Shown: positions 16,850 through 30,361 of the stretch, in pieces
Numbering within the stretch: position 1 is the first letter of the stretch
Layout of the letters: every line of letters begins with the position of its first letter
NCBI RefSeq assembly: GCF_009914755.1
Contig: NC_060928.1
Origin: the human T2T-CHM13v2.0 reference genome, Homo sapiens
Strand: one strand, 5' to 3'
DNA length: 64,000 nt
Translations under genes and position numbers: made by a program
The notes under the pieces: model-generated
The model's input: the letters and a program-made list of their open reading frames with translations, nothing else
Told to the model about the DNA's origin: nothing
The model's database searches: none

Positions 16850-18059
16850 CTAGGCCACTGGGGAAAAAATAGGAAGCTCCATAATTCATTTATTAAGCCA
16901 GCATAATGTTAATGCTGAAAACTTAAAAAGAGATAAAGAGACTATCAAAAAGGAAAATAATAGAGCATTTTTATCACTGAATAAAGATACAACACTCTTA
17001 AGTAATCTGTAAGCAAACAGAATCCAGCAATGTCTAATGAGAACAATATAACATTACCAAGGAGGGTATTTTCTTGGATTGCAAGAGTGGTTCAATACCA
17101 GGAAATCCACAACAGGAGATCTACTCCTTATATCAACAAATTAAAAGGAAAACATTGCATCATCATTTACTAGATGCTGAAAAGCATTTGATCAAATTCA
17201 GGAACCACCACTAAAGAAAAAAAGTTAGTAAAACAGGAGTGGAAAATATTACGTAAAATAAAGACTTTTTACCAGAAACCAACAACAAATATTAGCTATG
17301 TGATCTGGGGTCAGTCATGTAGGCTTCTCACCTCAGATGCTTGTCTTAAATTAATTAGTGTAGGTACAGCTAGTAAAACAGGGCCTGGCACATCATAAGC
17401 ACTATGCATGGGTTAGCAATTATTATTACAATAATAATTATCACCAGTCAAATTGCAAAAGTTGTAATAAATGAAATAATAAAATGTAAAACCTGGTATA
17501 AACATTGAAAAGAAAGATGAAAATGCATTTGAAATATCCAAAGTACTCCAAATGATTAACGGAAATATATATAAGATAAACATGGGAACTATTAATATTT
17601 GTTCTCCATTTTAGCATTTGACACAAATATTGAAATTAGAAAAAAATTTCATTCATAATTGCAAGAAAAACATTACACACTTAGGAATAATTTTAACAAG
17701 AAAGGCAGAGAGGGACCATGGGACAAAAAATATAAAACAATTATTAGAGGAACACAAAGTACAATCTGAACACCCAAAAAACTTTTATAATAGTAAGAAA
17801 ATACCATTAAAATGTAAATTTACCAAAAACCAATATGTATATGAGTTTTATAAATTATAATTAAAGTGACAATAGGACTTTTTTAAAGGCTTCATAAAAT
17901 TATTTAATGTTTACAAACTATATACCAGAAAATAGTCAATAAAAGGATGAAAACAAAGACTAGTAAGGAGTATTCTACCTTAAACAATATGCAAATGGCA
18001 TAAAAACAAATATATATTTTTTTAAAACATTAGACTGTAATTCAGTCTGACATTTTCTA

Positions 18060-18090
<31 letters not shown>

Positions 18091-19080
18091 GCTAAGTACC
18101 TGTTGTGATGCACAAAGCTGATAGCACAGCTTAATGTGGAATGATCAACACATATGCAAAGCACCTAGACTGTACAGTGGCTTGCACACAGTTACCTTTC
18201 TATTGTTCTTCCCATGTGACTACATATATAATCTAAAGGCCAAGAGAATTTTTAAACCATAATTGGAACTCAGAAAGTACTAAAAAATATTTATACCTAT
18301 AACTTTGTAAAATTGTAAAATTAATGGCAAAAATATGACTGATAAAGTCAAATAGTGAAAGATCTGAAAAAGCTATTTCATGATAAAGGGTTACTATAAT
18401 ATACAATACTTATAAAATAAAAAATGAATAGAAAATGGATAAAGAATATAAAAGGAATTTCACAGAATTCAAATGTCCAGCATTTTAAAAATGCTGAAGT
18501 TTATTAGTAGTACTAAAAAAGACATTAAAATAATTTATACCCCAGAAACAATAAAAAAATTAAGAGTTATAATACATTTTGCTGACAAGAGTGCAGACAA
18601 AAGTGTATATTGTTGGTAGAAGCATGAAATGTAAAATCCCTTTGGAAAGTAATCCAAAATTATTTATCAAAAATAAAAATATGTATGGCCTTTGACCCAA
18701 CAAGCTTTTGGATAACAAATAGAAATAATAGTTTTATTACATCAACATGTAGGGATGGTTATTCCCACATTTTTCATAGTGACAAAAAAATGAAAATAAG
18801 ACTTTGAAATCCAATGCAAATCACTGGGAAAATGGTGGTATATTTATGATGTATCTTCTTCAGTCATTTAAAAGAATGAATTAAAGTCACAGAGTTGACT
18901 TGGCTGGATATCCACAATCAATATATTATGGAGTGAGATAAACAAACATACCAAGTTGTATATATTATATGACTTTATTTTTGTAAATCAATGACACTCA
19001 CTCCCTACAACATACATAAGTTTATATGAAAATGAAGAAAAACATGAGAAGATTACGTACTAGGTTGCAAATATATGTTA
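16850..19080 (+). mobile_element. Highly degenerate L1ME-type ORF2/3' fragments with MIR pieces (~17294-17430)
   Basis: RT-like remnants (tagatgctgaaaagcatttgatcaaattca; gcaagagtggttcaata). Confidence 0.6.
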
Positions 19081-19087
19081 AGGTGTT

Positions 19088-19385
19088 GCCAGGCACAGCG
19101 GCTCACACTTGCAATCCCAACACTTTAGGAGGCCAAGACAGGAAGACTGCTTGAGCCCAGGAGTTCGAGACCAGCCTAGGCAACACAGGGACTCTGTCTC
19201 TACAAAAAAATACAAAAATTAGCCAGGCATGGTGGCATGCAGCCATAGTCCCAGCTACTCAGGAGGCTAAGGCAGGAGGATCAACTGAGCCTGGGAAGTC
19301 GAAGCTGCAGTAAGCCATGATCATGCCATCACACTCCAGCCTGGGCAACAGAACAAAACCCTGTATCAAAAAAATAAATAAATAG
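19088..19385 (+). mobile_element. AluJ
   Basis: Full dimer with TSD aaggtgtt. Confidence 0.95.
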
Positions 19386-19609
19386 AAGGTGTTCTGGGGG
19401 ATAGATGATGGGGGCAAGAGGAGAAAGCCAAGACAAAGAAAAACAGGATGCATAAAAGTAAAATGCACATGCTAACAAAAAACAAGCAATGAGTAGATTA
19501 TATTTATAATAAGCTGCGGGTATATTCACAAACATATAAAATCTGAATGATAGCAGGTATGACATTATTTCTAAATTTTTTTCTATGTCATATTAATAGT
19601 ATTTGTATA

Positions 19610-20313
19610 AAGTAGAATTCCCTTATCCACTCAGAGGTATGTTTCAAGACCCCTTAGGGGACATCTGACACCACAGACAGTACCAAACTCAATTGTCATC
19701 AGTTGGAACATGGTTTTCTTCAGACTTTCCGCCCACAAATGCAATGCTTTTTCCACCTTAACTAAGCACTTATTATGCACTGTGCTGGTAACTTTTGCAG
19801 TTTGAAGTATGACAGCAAAACTAGCACAAATTTCTTATTCCCTCTTCACAATTTTATAGATAAAGATGCATTCTTACTATGGATCTTAGCAACCTCAACA
19901 TACGCTATTTCTTCTTTCAGTTCGAGAACTTTCACCATTTCACTTCGAGGAATCATTTTACAGCTTCTCTTTAGCATATCTCAATTGCCAACATCACTAC
20001 TTTTGAACTTTGGGACGATTAGTAAGTAAAATAAGGGTTACTTGAACACAAGAACTGTGTTACCACATTAGTGGATCTGATAACCTAAGCAACTAACAGC
20101 AGGTAGTGTAGACAGTGTGGATATGCTAGACAAAGGAAAGATCCATGTCCCAGGCAGGAAGGTGCAAGATTTCATCATGCTACTCAGAATGGTGCACAAT
20201 ATAAAACATAAATTGTTTATTTTGGGAATTTTTTATTTACAATTTTCAGTCTACGATTCACCACTGTAACTAAAACTATGGAAAGCAAAACCATGGATAA
20301 GGGGAGGCTACTG
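19610..20313. mobile_element. Tigger2-family (TcMar) non-autonomous DNA transposon
   Basis: Terminal inverted repeats (agtag...cccttatcca / tggataagggg...ctactg) with a flanking TA. Confidence 0.8.
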
Positions 20314-20386
20314 TATGGTCATGTAGGATGAAAGTCAACTTATCTTTCTTTCCTTTCTTTTAGTTTCCAGAGCTCAACCTGCTTAC

Positions 20387-20478
20387 CTTTTTTTCCCTAC
20401 TTTAACGTTTGCAAAATTCTTTCTATAGGTTTTTGAGAATTCTTCGCCTACAACCAGCCTCCCTTCCTTCTCATTGTC
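20387..20478 (-). CDS. Candidate 92-nt internal exon of an unidentified minus-strand gene
   Basis: gtattcttatttttaag|GACAATGAG...AAAAAAAG|gtaagc. Purine-rich and non-repetitive, with only one open frame (DNEKEGRLVVGEEFSKTYRKNFANVKVGKK). Could instead be a UTR or poison exon. Confidence 0.5.
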
Positions 20479-22387
20479 CTTAAAAATAAGAATACAAACC
20501 CTTTGAATTTTAAATGTTTTACTCTTGTTTTCTATCAGGCACCAAATATTCAGGTGACTGATAGAATGATTCACAGACCTTTGTGAGTCATTAAGTGTGA
20601 AACATGATTCAGAAGTAGCAACTGGAAACAAACACAGTCCTCTGTTAACATCTCAGAGTTCACCAAACTTTTTTCTTACCCATCTCTGATCTCCATAGGC
20701 CTAATGTAACAACAAGAGTAGAATACTAATTTTCTGGGGTACTGTGGGTTTGTTTGCTTTTTTTTCCTGAGGACCGGTATCCTTAAATGCCTATCTCTGT
20801 GACCTCTGCCACAAACATTAATAGTCCCACATTTGTTAATGCATTTTTATGTTGATACAAATATAGTCCTTTCCTAGATAATTTTTTTTCCTTTGGTTTA
20901 TTTTACTTCATTCATAATTCATATCAAAATAGCAATATTTAAATGAGACAAGTCAATTCCTTATAATACATTCTTCCATTTTCAAAGCCTTGCACATTTA
21001 AGAATTAAAATAAGAGAAAACCTTTAGAAGTTTAAATCCATTATTCTTTTTTTTTACTTAAAATTTTATTAAGGTATAGAAAATACTTGGTAAAATACAA
21101 AGATAACAGGTGTGGAACTTGATGACTTCTAATAAATTCAGACACCTATGTAATCACCATCCTATTATAATATAATATTTCCATCATCCCAGAAAGGTTG
21201 CTCACATCTCTTCACTGTCAACATCTCCTGTAAACATTCACTGTTCTCATTTCTTTCATCTCTGATTAGTTTTGCCTAATCTACGCATGATACACATGGA
21301 ATCGTACATCATGTATCCTTTTGTTTATGGCTTCTTTCACTCACCGTAAAGTTTTTGAGGTTGTTCCAAGTTGTTCTGTGTATTGATAATTCATTTCTTT
21401 TTATTACTGAGTAGTATTGCATTGTATAAATGTAACATGATTGGTGTATCTACCCTTCATTTAACATTCAAGTAGTTTACTAAGAATAAAGTTGATGTAA
21501 ACATTTGTGTACTAGTCTTTTTGTGAACCTTGTGTTTTCAGTCCTCTTGGACAAATATTTAGGAGTGACACTGCTGTTTCATAGGATAGGTGGTATGTTT
21601 AAGTTTTGAGAAACTGCCAGAACAGTTTTCAAAACAGTTGCACTATTTTACACTCCCATCTGCAATTGATAGGAGTTCCAGTTCCTACACATCCTAGCTA
21701 ACATTTGGTGTTGTCAGTCTTACTAATTTTAGCTATCCTAACGTGTAGTAGTGTCTCCTGGTGGTTTTTCAAGACAACAAATTGTGCTGAACATTTTTTC
21801 AGGTGCTTATTGGCCACTCACCTGCCTTCCTTTATCAAGTCCCTAATCAAATCTTTTGTCCATTTGTTTTATTGAGTTATCTTTTTATTATTGATTTGCT
21901 AATATTTAGTAGACACAAGTTTTGTTAGATAAATACATGGAAGATATTTTCTCCCAGTTTGAGGCTTGCCTAATCATTTTGTTAATAATCTAATATCATT
22001 GAGGAGATATAATTTTCTAGAAGTCTCTTGTTCTTCAATGGTAAATGGGTCTTGAAAAGACATCTTTTGCAAATATATTTTTTAAAGGCAGCTTGTCAAT
22101 TTCTTGAAATGACCTACTGGGAATCTGAATGGGATTGAGTTGAATTGATAGATAAATTTGGGGAGAAATGACATCTTTATAATACTGAGTCTTATCATCA
22201 AAGAACTTGTCATATCTTTCAATTTATTTAGGTTTTATTTTTTTTTCCTTAGGAATATTTTGTAGTTTTCAGTGGGCTTACAGATATTTCAACAAATTAT
22301 TCCTAAGTATTTTATGTTTATTGAATATTATTGTAAATGATATTAAATTCATATTTTTGAATTGTTCATAGAAAAAACAATTTTTAT

Positions 22388-22752
22388 GCCCATCAATGGT
22401 AGATCAGATAAAGAAAATGTGGTACATATACACCATGGAATACTATGCAGCCATAAGAAGAATGAGATCATATTCTTTGCAGCAACATGGATACAGCTAG
22501 AGGTCATTGTCCTAAGCAAACTAACGCAGAAACAGAAAGCCAAATACCACACATTCTCACTTATTTGTGACAGCCAACCATTGAGTACTCATGGACACAA
22601 AGAAGGGAACAAGAGACACTGGGGCCTACTTGAGGTTGAAGGGTAGGCGAGGGTACCTATGTACCTATTGGGTAACTATGCTATATAATAGTATAATAGT
22701 ATACCTATTGTATACTATCTTGTACTTGGGTGACATAATAATATGTACACCA
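22388..22752 (+). mobile_element. L1PB-like 3' end
   Basis: aagaaaatgtggtacatatacaccatggaatactatgcagccat..., nested in the antisense L1M. Confidence 0.85.
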
Positions 22753-23284
22753 ACCTATATTGTGTTTTAGCTATGTATTCATTTTCTTAAAAACAATAGA
22801 GACCTAATTAGGTTATTTATTTTTAATTAAATAAGCTTTAGAAGTTTCTGTCTTCCCAGTAATTTGTTCATTTAATCTAAATTGTCCAATTTATTATTTT
22901 CATGGCTATAACATGTATAATGTTCTTTTATTCCAATATTGGTAGTTCATACCTTCTCTGTTTTTTATTAATCTGATTAGATGTTTATCAATCTTATCAA
23001 ACTTTTTAAAAAACAGCTTTTGGTTTCACTGGATTTCTAGTTTTTTAAAGTTGATTTTTTTCCTTTTACCTTTATTATATCCTTCCTTATGTTTGAGTTT
23101 AATTTGCTCTTCTTCTGACTTCTTAATGATGAGCCTCAGATATTTGATTTTAAACTTTTCTGTTGTTCTCTATATTGTTATTTATAAAGATATAAATTTC
23201 ACAGTTATAGGTTTTCCTCTAGGTACTATTTTGTCCATATCCCACTAATTTTGATATATTATCTTTTCTTTTCACTTTTATTGT

Positions 23285-23402
23285 GGAGATTGGGTTTCAC
23301 TGTGTTGCCTGGTCTGGTCTTGAACTCCTGGCCTCAACTCATCTTCACACCTCAGCCTCCCACAGTGCTGGGATTACAAGCATGAGCCAGGGTACCCAGC
23401 CT
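23285..23402 (-). mobile_element. Alu left monomer (FLAM-like)
   Basis: Single antisense monomer. Confidence 0.8.
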
Positions 23403-23856
23403 CTATTTTCATTATGACTGTTAAATACTTCCTAATGTCCCTAATGGTTGCCTAACCCTATTTAAGAATATGTTGCATAATTTGAAATATTTGGGATTTC
23501 CCAGATATCTTCATTACTTTGATTTCTAGTTCAACTGAATTATGAATAAAGAATACAATCTCTGTTATTTAAATTCTATTAAATTAGTGCACTCCTTTTA
23601 TAACCAAACAAATGGTCTTCACAGTAAATATTGCACTTGCATTTATAAGGATGAGGAATTCTGGAGTTAAAGGTGATGTATCAATCTCAATTAGGTTAAA
23701 TTTGTTGATAGTGTTCATGAATTCTACATAATTACTGACAATACCTATTGTTCTATCAGTTACTGATAGAAAAATTTTGAAATCTCAAATATAACCATGA
23801 ATTTAAATATTTTCCCTTCAGTTTGCTTCACATTTAAAATCTCTATTATTTGATGG

Positions 23857-23980
23857 TATATTAATTATTACTGCTGTAACAAATTACCACAAACTTAGTG
23901 GCTTACATAACACAAAATTATTATCCTATAATTCTGGAGGACAGAAATAAAAAATGTTCCTTAATGGGCTAAAACCAAAC
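23857..23980 (-). mobile_element. MLT1 LTR fragment
   Basis: ctgctgtaacaaattaccacaaacttagtggctt. Confidence 0.7.
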
Positions 23981-23999
23981 CTGAGTTCTTTTCGGGGCC

Positions 24000-25410
24000 C
24001 CAAGGATGGTGTCATCTATAAGAAACAGGCTTCCACCAGACACAAAACCTGCCAGTGCCTCAATCTTGGTCTTTTCAGGCTCCAGAACAGTAAGAAAATA
24101 AATTTCTATTGTTTACAAATTACCCAGACTTAGGTATTAATATTTTGTTAGAGGAGCACAAATTCACTAAAAGAGAAATTGTTGTCAAGAGTAGAATATT
24201 GCTACAACATATATCTAAAAATTTAAAGCAGTTTTGGAACTGGGTAATGTGACAATATTAGTATGAATAGAAGGAAGTCAGATGCTATTCATCAAAGCAA
24301 TGCAAGAATAACTCCCCAAAGCATTTCAGAGATCTTTGAGTCTGCCACACCTATTACATGCCCAGAGTGCCAGGGCCTGAGGGTAGATCTTTTTCAAAGG
24401 AGGGGCCCACAACACCAGAGGGGCTCAAGGCACCCGTGGTAACTTGGGGCTCACCAACCAGCACAGCTCAAGTCTCCGCTTCCCACATTCCAGTACAGTG
24501 CTCTTTGGCCACCCCAGCTATAGCTGAGGAAGGGCCAGGTGCAGTTCAGGCCACCTCTCTGGAGGACATAAGTGATAAGCCTCAGTAGCATCCATGTGGT
24601 GCTAATTCTGCAGGCCCACAGAGTGCAATAGCTGTGGAGGCATGACTTCTCCACCTAGATTTTAAAGAATCCTTCCAAGAGTCCCATGGCCAAGGCAGAA
24701 AACTGCTACAGAAGTGGGGCCACTGAATAGAGCCCCCACTAGGGCAATGCCTAGTAGAGCCATGGGGTTGGGACCACCAAAGACAGCACCCACTAGAGCA
24801 ATGTCTAGTGGAGTTGTGGGACCTGTCCCACAGTTGTATTTTGAAGGCGGTAACTTGTTTGATTTCACAGGTTCACAACTGAAAGGCAACTTGCTAAGGC
24901 TAAAACACAACTTTCAGTCTCACTCAGTCTGACTTGGATGGCATCTACATGATATTCTGGACGTTAAACTTTTGAGCTAGAAGGAGTTAAGACTTTTGGT
25001 GCTATTGTGGTAGAATAAATGTGTTTTGCATGTGAGGTTGACATGTATTTTGCGGTGGGAATGCTATAGTCTGAATTTCCCCCAAAATTCATGTGGTGAA
25101 ACTTAATCTCTATTGTATTGGGCAGTGTGGTCTTTGGAGGTGATCAAGTCATGAGGGCTCTGCCCTTATGAATGGGATGGATAACTTTATAAAAGGGCTG
25201 AAGGTTGAAGGGGCCACTATCTTACCCTTTCTCCATGGGAGGACACAGCAGCAAGGTGCCACGATGGAAGCAGAGAGCAGCCCTCACCAGACACAAATGG
25301 TACTGACTTCACCGTGGAATTCCCAGACACCAGAACTATAATAAATTTCTGTTCTTCATAAGTTACCCAATCTCAGGTATTTTGCTATACCAGCACAAAC
25401 AGACTAAGGC
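24000..25410 (+). mobile_element. Internally deleted MaLR provirus (MST/MLT1A-type): partial 5' LTR, internal region ~24172-25041, 3' LTR 25042-25410
   Basis: Two related LTR ends (aataaatttct...ttaccca...aggtat) bracket internal sequence (ttggaactgggtaatg; ccacctagatttt). Confidence 0.75.
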
Positions 25411-28400
25411 AGGTGAGAAATGCTCTAGTTGACATATCCTATGAGGAATTATATGAGATCCAGATGATATCACTAGTGATGGTAACTTCATCACTTGATT
25501 AAGGTAGAATTAGCCAGATTTTACCACCGTCAAGTTACCATAATTCACTTCGCATACTCTTTTCTATGGAAATGTGTCACTGAATCTAGACTATCCTCAG
25601 AGGGAGGTGGGAAGAGTAGGAATTAAGTTCCAGCTCCTAGAATGGGAAGAATCTATCTATCTACCCATCCATCCATCCATCTATACACAAATACATACTA
25701 GATTTTAAAGTTGTACAATCTCTGTCACTTCTGGGACTCCACTATTTAATGATGTTTCTCCTGGATTAGAACCATATTTTCCTGCTTCTTTGCATGTCTA
25801 GTCATTTTGTGTGTTAGACATTATGGACTAACAATTATTTTATCTACATGTTGTTGTCTTACTTTAGAGAATAATGAAGTTTTGCTCTGGCAGATGGGTA
25901 ATTTAATTGTGAATCAGATGGTTCCTTTTCAAGGTTGTTTTAAGCTTTGTTAAGACAAGTACAGAGTACTATATATTATCTAAGGATACAGGAGAGTACT
26001 TATAGTCTCCTACAAGCACTTCTTATACATGGTCATAAAATAGAATAATTGGGGCAGGATGGGAACAGCAGAAATTAATTTTTTCTTATAGTTACATCAC
26101 TAACAATCCATACTACCTTCCTGACAGTACTTTTCACCTAGGCAAATGATTGTACTCCATAATTTCTCACACAAAAATTAATCTACAGGCTTCTTGCAAT
26201 GTTTATTTCACCATAATTTTACCTTAATAAATGTGAACAGAAGAGTGGAGACAGGGTAATATAGCCAGGCTAATTTGAATCCTGGACTTTCCAAGGGATA
26301 AACCAAAACCAATGGGCACAAACCCTGATTTCACTGTGTTCTACCCAATAGAAAATAAACCAGCCCAAGCATAAAGCAGCCCAAGCATCATTCAGGAATT
26401 TTATACAGTTATCTATCATGGGATCTTTGCTTCTTAAACTTTATTATATTTACTAATGGCTTTCACAGTCTGTAGGCATATTTTTCACTGATAATGAAAT
26501 ACAGTAGAAAATATCCTGAGGAAAAAATATTTAAGCTTTAAACTCAGGCTACAGGTAGATTGTCCCTTCAACTTACAAATATTGTGTATTGTGAAATACT
26601 GCCTGTAAACTAGCAATTAGTCCCACTGAAATTTAAAAATATTAATTAGATGCCAAGGTTTTCTCATAAATTACTATTTGATTCAAAAAGTGACTGAATC
26701 ATTTAATAATTCTGAATTCTAATCTCGCAAAGGCCAAACATCCTCTTAGCTTCTTCCCATCTCAACTCCAAAGCCTGACAGAAGTAATCATTTTTATAGA
26801 GGTTAACAATAATTCAAAATTTCTAAGTAAAGAGTGACCTATATATATCTTGATATTTGTTTGGAAAGTTTGGGAACTCTTTAATCAATTGTCCAATTAC
26901 AAAGGTCTAATTCTACTAAGAGCAAATGTTAAAATAGATTTCAATTCTATATGTACTGAAAACAGACTTACAGACAATAATATTTTTCTATTTATGTCTT
27001 ATATGAAGTATTATCAGCTATGGAGTGAGCATCAGAAGGCATTGTGTATAGTCTGCATATTTAAAAAAAACTGAAGAAAATATTATTTTATGCTGTTCCT
27101 ATGCAGTCAATGACATGCTCTGGCTTTTTTTTTTCTACTAAGAGAACACATTTTGATTTCAGTGTTTTTCCATTATGTTCTTTTTTTTCATAGCCCAAAA
27201 GATTCATTACTTTGATAACCATTTATCAGGGACTCAAGTTCAATCTATAATACCTATTGAAATAGCAAATAATTCAGCCTCAGTGTCTGTGTGTGGGAAA
27301 ATGGGCTGTGTGCTAGATAAACGGCCTACCTGCCTCTGACACAGATTAGGTCATCATTCAAACTAACCACAGATCTCTAGAACAAATACAAGGAACTACA
27401 GGTTCACTTTAGCTGATGTTTCTGTTTTAGAAACAGTCTTCCTTTTAGAGAGTTACAATATCATCAAAGTATCATGGCACAGGCTTGAAAAACCAGCATC
27501 CAGGAACGTAAGGATAGAAATATTTCACAATTTTTACAAAACACCAATTATGCAACACATACTTATATCTGATTTCTCTTTTACACTAGGGAATCTTATA
27601 AAACCCCTGCTATTTCCATCTGAATGAAATTATATAACTATATTATGCTAGGTTGTAGGCAAGGAAAGCCGTTACAGACATACATCTCTTTCCATATACA
27701 AATAAGCTCTATTTTATTCCTCTCAAATTTCTAATCTCTTCAATCTTGCTATTAGAAGAAAGAAGTAAACATTATTTAAAGAAGGAAACCAGTTGGCTAC
27801 CGAGACCAATCCTCACAGGGTGTAATTACCTTGGTAAATTCAGCAAAATCCAGTTTACATTAATTTTACAGATTCAGAAATAAAGTGTTATTACAAAGGA
27901 AGATTCATTTGTGAGGAATATATTTCTTTTAACCAATTATACAAAATAGAATAAATGACTTTTAAGATCTACAGAAAGCAACATTGCCAATGAGGAGACT
28001 AGACACAGAGTACATTCCTTTTGTACAGAGAAAAAAGAAAGGAAGAAAAGAAGGCCAACTAAATTCAGAATGACAGCTTACTGATTTAAAATGAGAAATT
28101 ATAATGGCTGTTTTCTGGTTAACCATGGGAGAGTAACCTTACATTTTTATCTACTCCCTTGCCCTATGGCAGACTTTGAAGGTTACATCCCTTAACCTCC
28201 ATTTCCAAACCTATGTTTCCTTGCATTCTTCTGTAACAGATGTTTCACCTCCTCTATAATATGCTCATTTGCAGTTACAGATTGTAAAAACAGTCTTACT
28301 TAATGAGATATACAGAAAAATTTGATAAGGGGGATTGTGGGACAAGCATCAGTTTCTCAATAAAAAGATGGATAAATATGTTATAGCCATTCTCTCTTCA

Positions 28401-28414
28401 CTTTCTCCCTCCTA

Positions 28415-28990
28415 TTTAAACTTTTTATTACGAAAATTTTCAGACCTTCACAAAAATAGACTAGTATAATGAAACCTTTATATTAATCTATGAAACAATT
28501 TCAATAATTATGCCAGATTTGTATCATCTATTTCCCTTGCGACTTCTTTCCTTTTGGAATATTTTAAAGTAAATCACAGGCATCATAACATTTCATCCAT
28601 AATTTCTTCAGTATGGATTCCTAACAGATGAAGACTTCTATTTTTAATTAACATAAACATGATGCCATTATCATGTATAACAAAATAAACAATTTATTAA
28701 AATTATCTATGTGTAAAAATCCTGATTGTCTCAAAAACATATTTTTATATTTAACTGTTTCCAAACAATAATCACAGAAGATCTATATATCACAATTCGT
28801 TGATACGCTTTTCAAGTTTTTAATCAATGAGAGAATCTCTCTCTTCTTCTTTTCTTCTACTTTTTTTTTTTTTAAAGAAACTGGGTTATTTAATCTATAG
28901 AATTTACCATATTCTGTGCCTCGCTGATTATTTCTTCATGGTATCATTTAATTTGTTTTTGTATCCACTATTCTTGGAATCAGCAATTTC
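28415..28990 (-). mobile_element. Old L1MC/ME 3' fragments
   Basis: Degenerate antisense 3'UTR-like motifs. Confidence 0.45.
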
Positions 28991-29519
28991 TCCAAAATGA
29001 GATGCAAGCGTCTCATGAAATCTGCTCAGTGATTTCCAAGAACGGTTTTGCTTTCTCAATATAGAAACTTTTCAACCATACTTTTCTTTCTAGATTATTT
29101 AAACATCGAATCCGAGATACCTACATCTCTGCCAGAGGGCTCTGTACCTGAGGGAAGTACTGGCTGAACCAAGGACATAATTTTAAAATTCTGAAGGAAG
29201 TGATGGTCAACCTGAAGTTCTATACCTAATCAAACTATCAACCAAACTTGAGGGCAGACTAAAGATTATTTCAGATATTAGGCATTTATTAAAGGATATG
29301 TACTTCTTAGGCATTTATTAAAGGATGAGCATTACCAAACAAGGGACCAATAAGACAAAGAAAAGGAAGAATGAGATCTAAGAAATAAAGAATCCAATTT
29401 ACAACATAAATCCTAAAATGACAGCTATGGGCTATGTATATTAGGCAAACAATCTGAGAGGTTGGAGCAGAAGAATGGATGATAACTAAAATATACTGGA
29501 AACTGCTTATTTTTTTCTC

Positions 29520-29900
29520 AGCACTATCCTGCTCTTCTAAGCTCTATCTTGAATAATGAGAACTGAAAACTTATAAACTATGTTTCCTACACTTCTTGCC
29601 AGGAGGTTTTTCACTTACAGCCCACAATGAAAGAATTTGTACAATATTTAGATGGCAGAAGAAAATGAGAAGCCTTGTTCTCCAGGGACAACTGAGGGCA
29701 GATGCAGTGGATTCCAGGTGCCAAAGACAACTGACATAAGTAGCTGTGGTTCACCTGCAATTCCTGTACTATCACATTTCTTGAAATCCAGCAATGATTT
29801 CCCATTGGTTCTGTTAGTCTGTAATTTTAGGCATTAATTCCTTTCTTTTTAAACTATGTAATGTAGTTTCTATTTTCCTTACCTAACCTCAAGTGATTCA
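29520..29900 (+). mobile_element. Degenerate ERVL LTR (LTR33-like)
   Basis: aaactatgtttcctacacttcttgcc...attcctttctttttaaacta...gtagtttctattttcct. Confidence 0.45.
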
Positions 29901-30087
29901 GGAATTCTTTAGGTAAAAATATAGAAGTAATGGATCATCTGATGCTTGAATGATGACCATTATTTATATACTCACTGTACTATAAATATCAACTTCTGAT
30001 TTTATTTAGATTGTGGTATACCTATATTTGGAAGATAGGGATAGGGAAAAATGCGTGTGAGAAATATGATGATAAAGAATGATACGT

Positions 30088-30361
<274 letters not shown>

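Larger units (their letters stand above)
21050..23856 (-). mobile_element. Old L1M antisense fragments
   Basis: T-rich antisense L1 3'/ORF2 sequence (gagaaactgccagaacagttttc; atagataaatttggggagaaatgacatcttt). Confidence 0.75.

Noticed and set aside
18065-18240. Long T-run followed by non-Alu sequence, a possible antisense processed pseudogene
   Set aside because: No poly(A) signal, TSD or ORF, and the adjacent sequence looks MIR-like.
24358-24932. GC-richer ORFs with repeated APTRAM motif
   Set aside because: They lie in MaLR internal sequence.
27830-27968. Minus-strand AG...GT bounded segment
   Set aside because: Very AT-rich, intron-like composition with stop codons.
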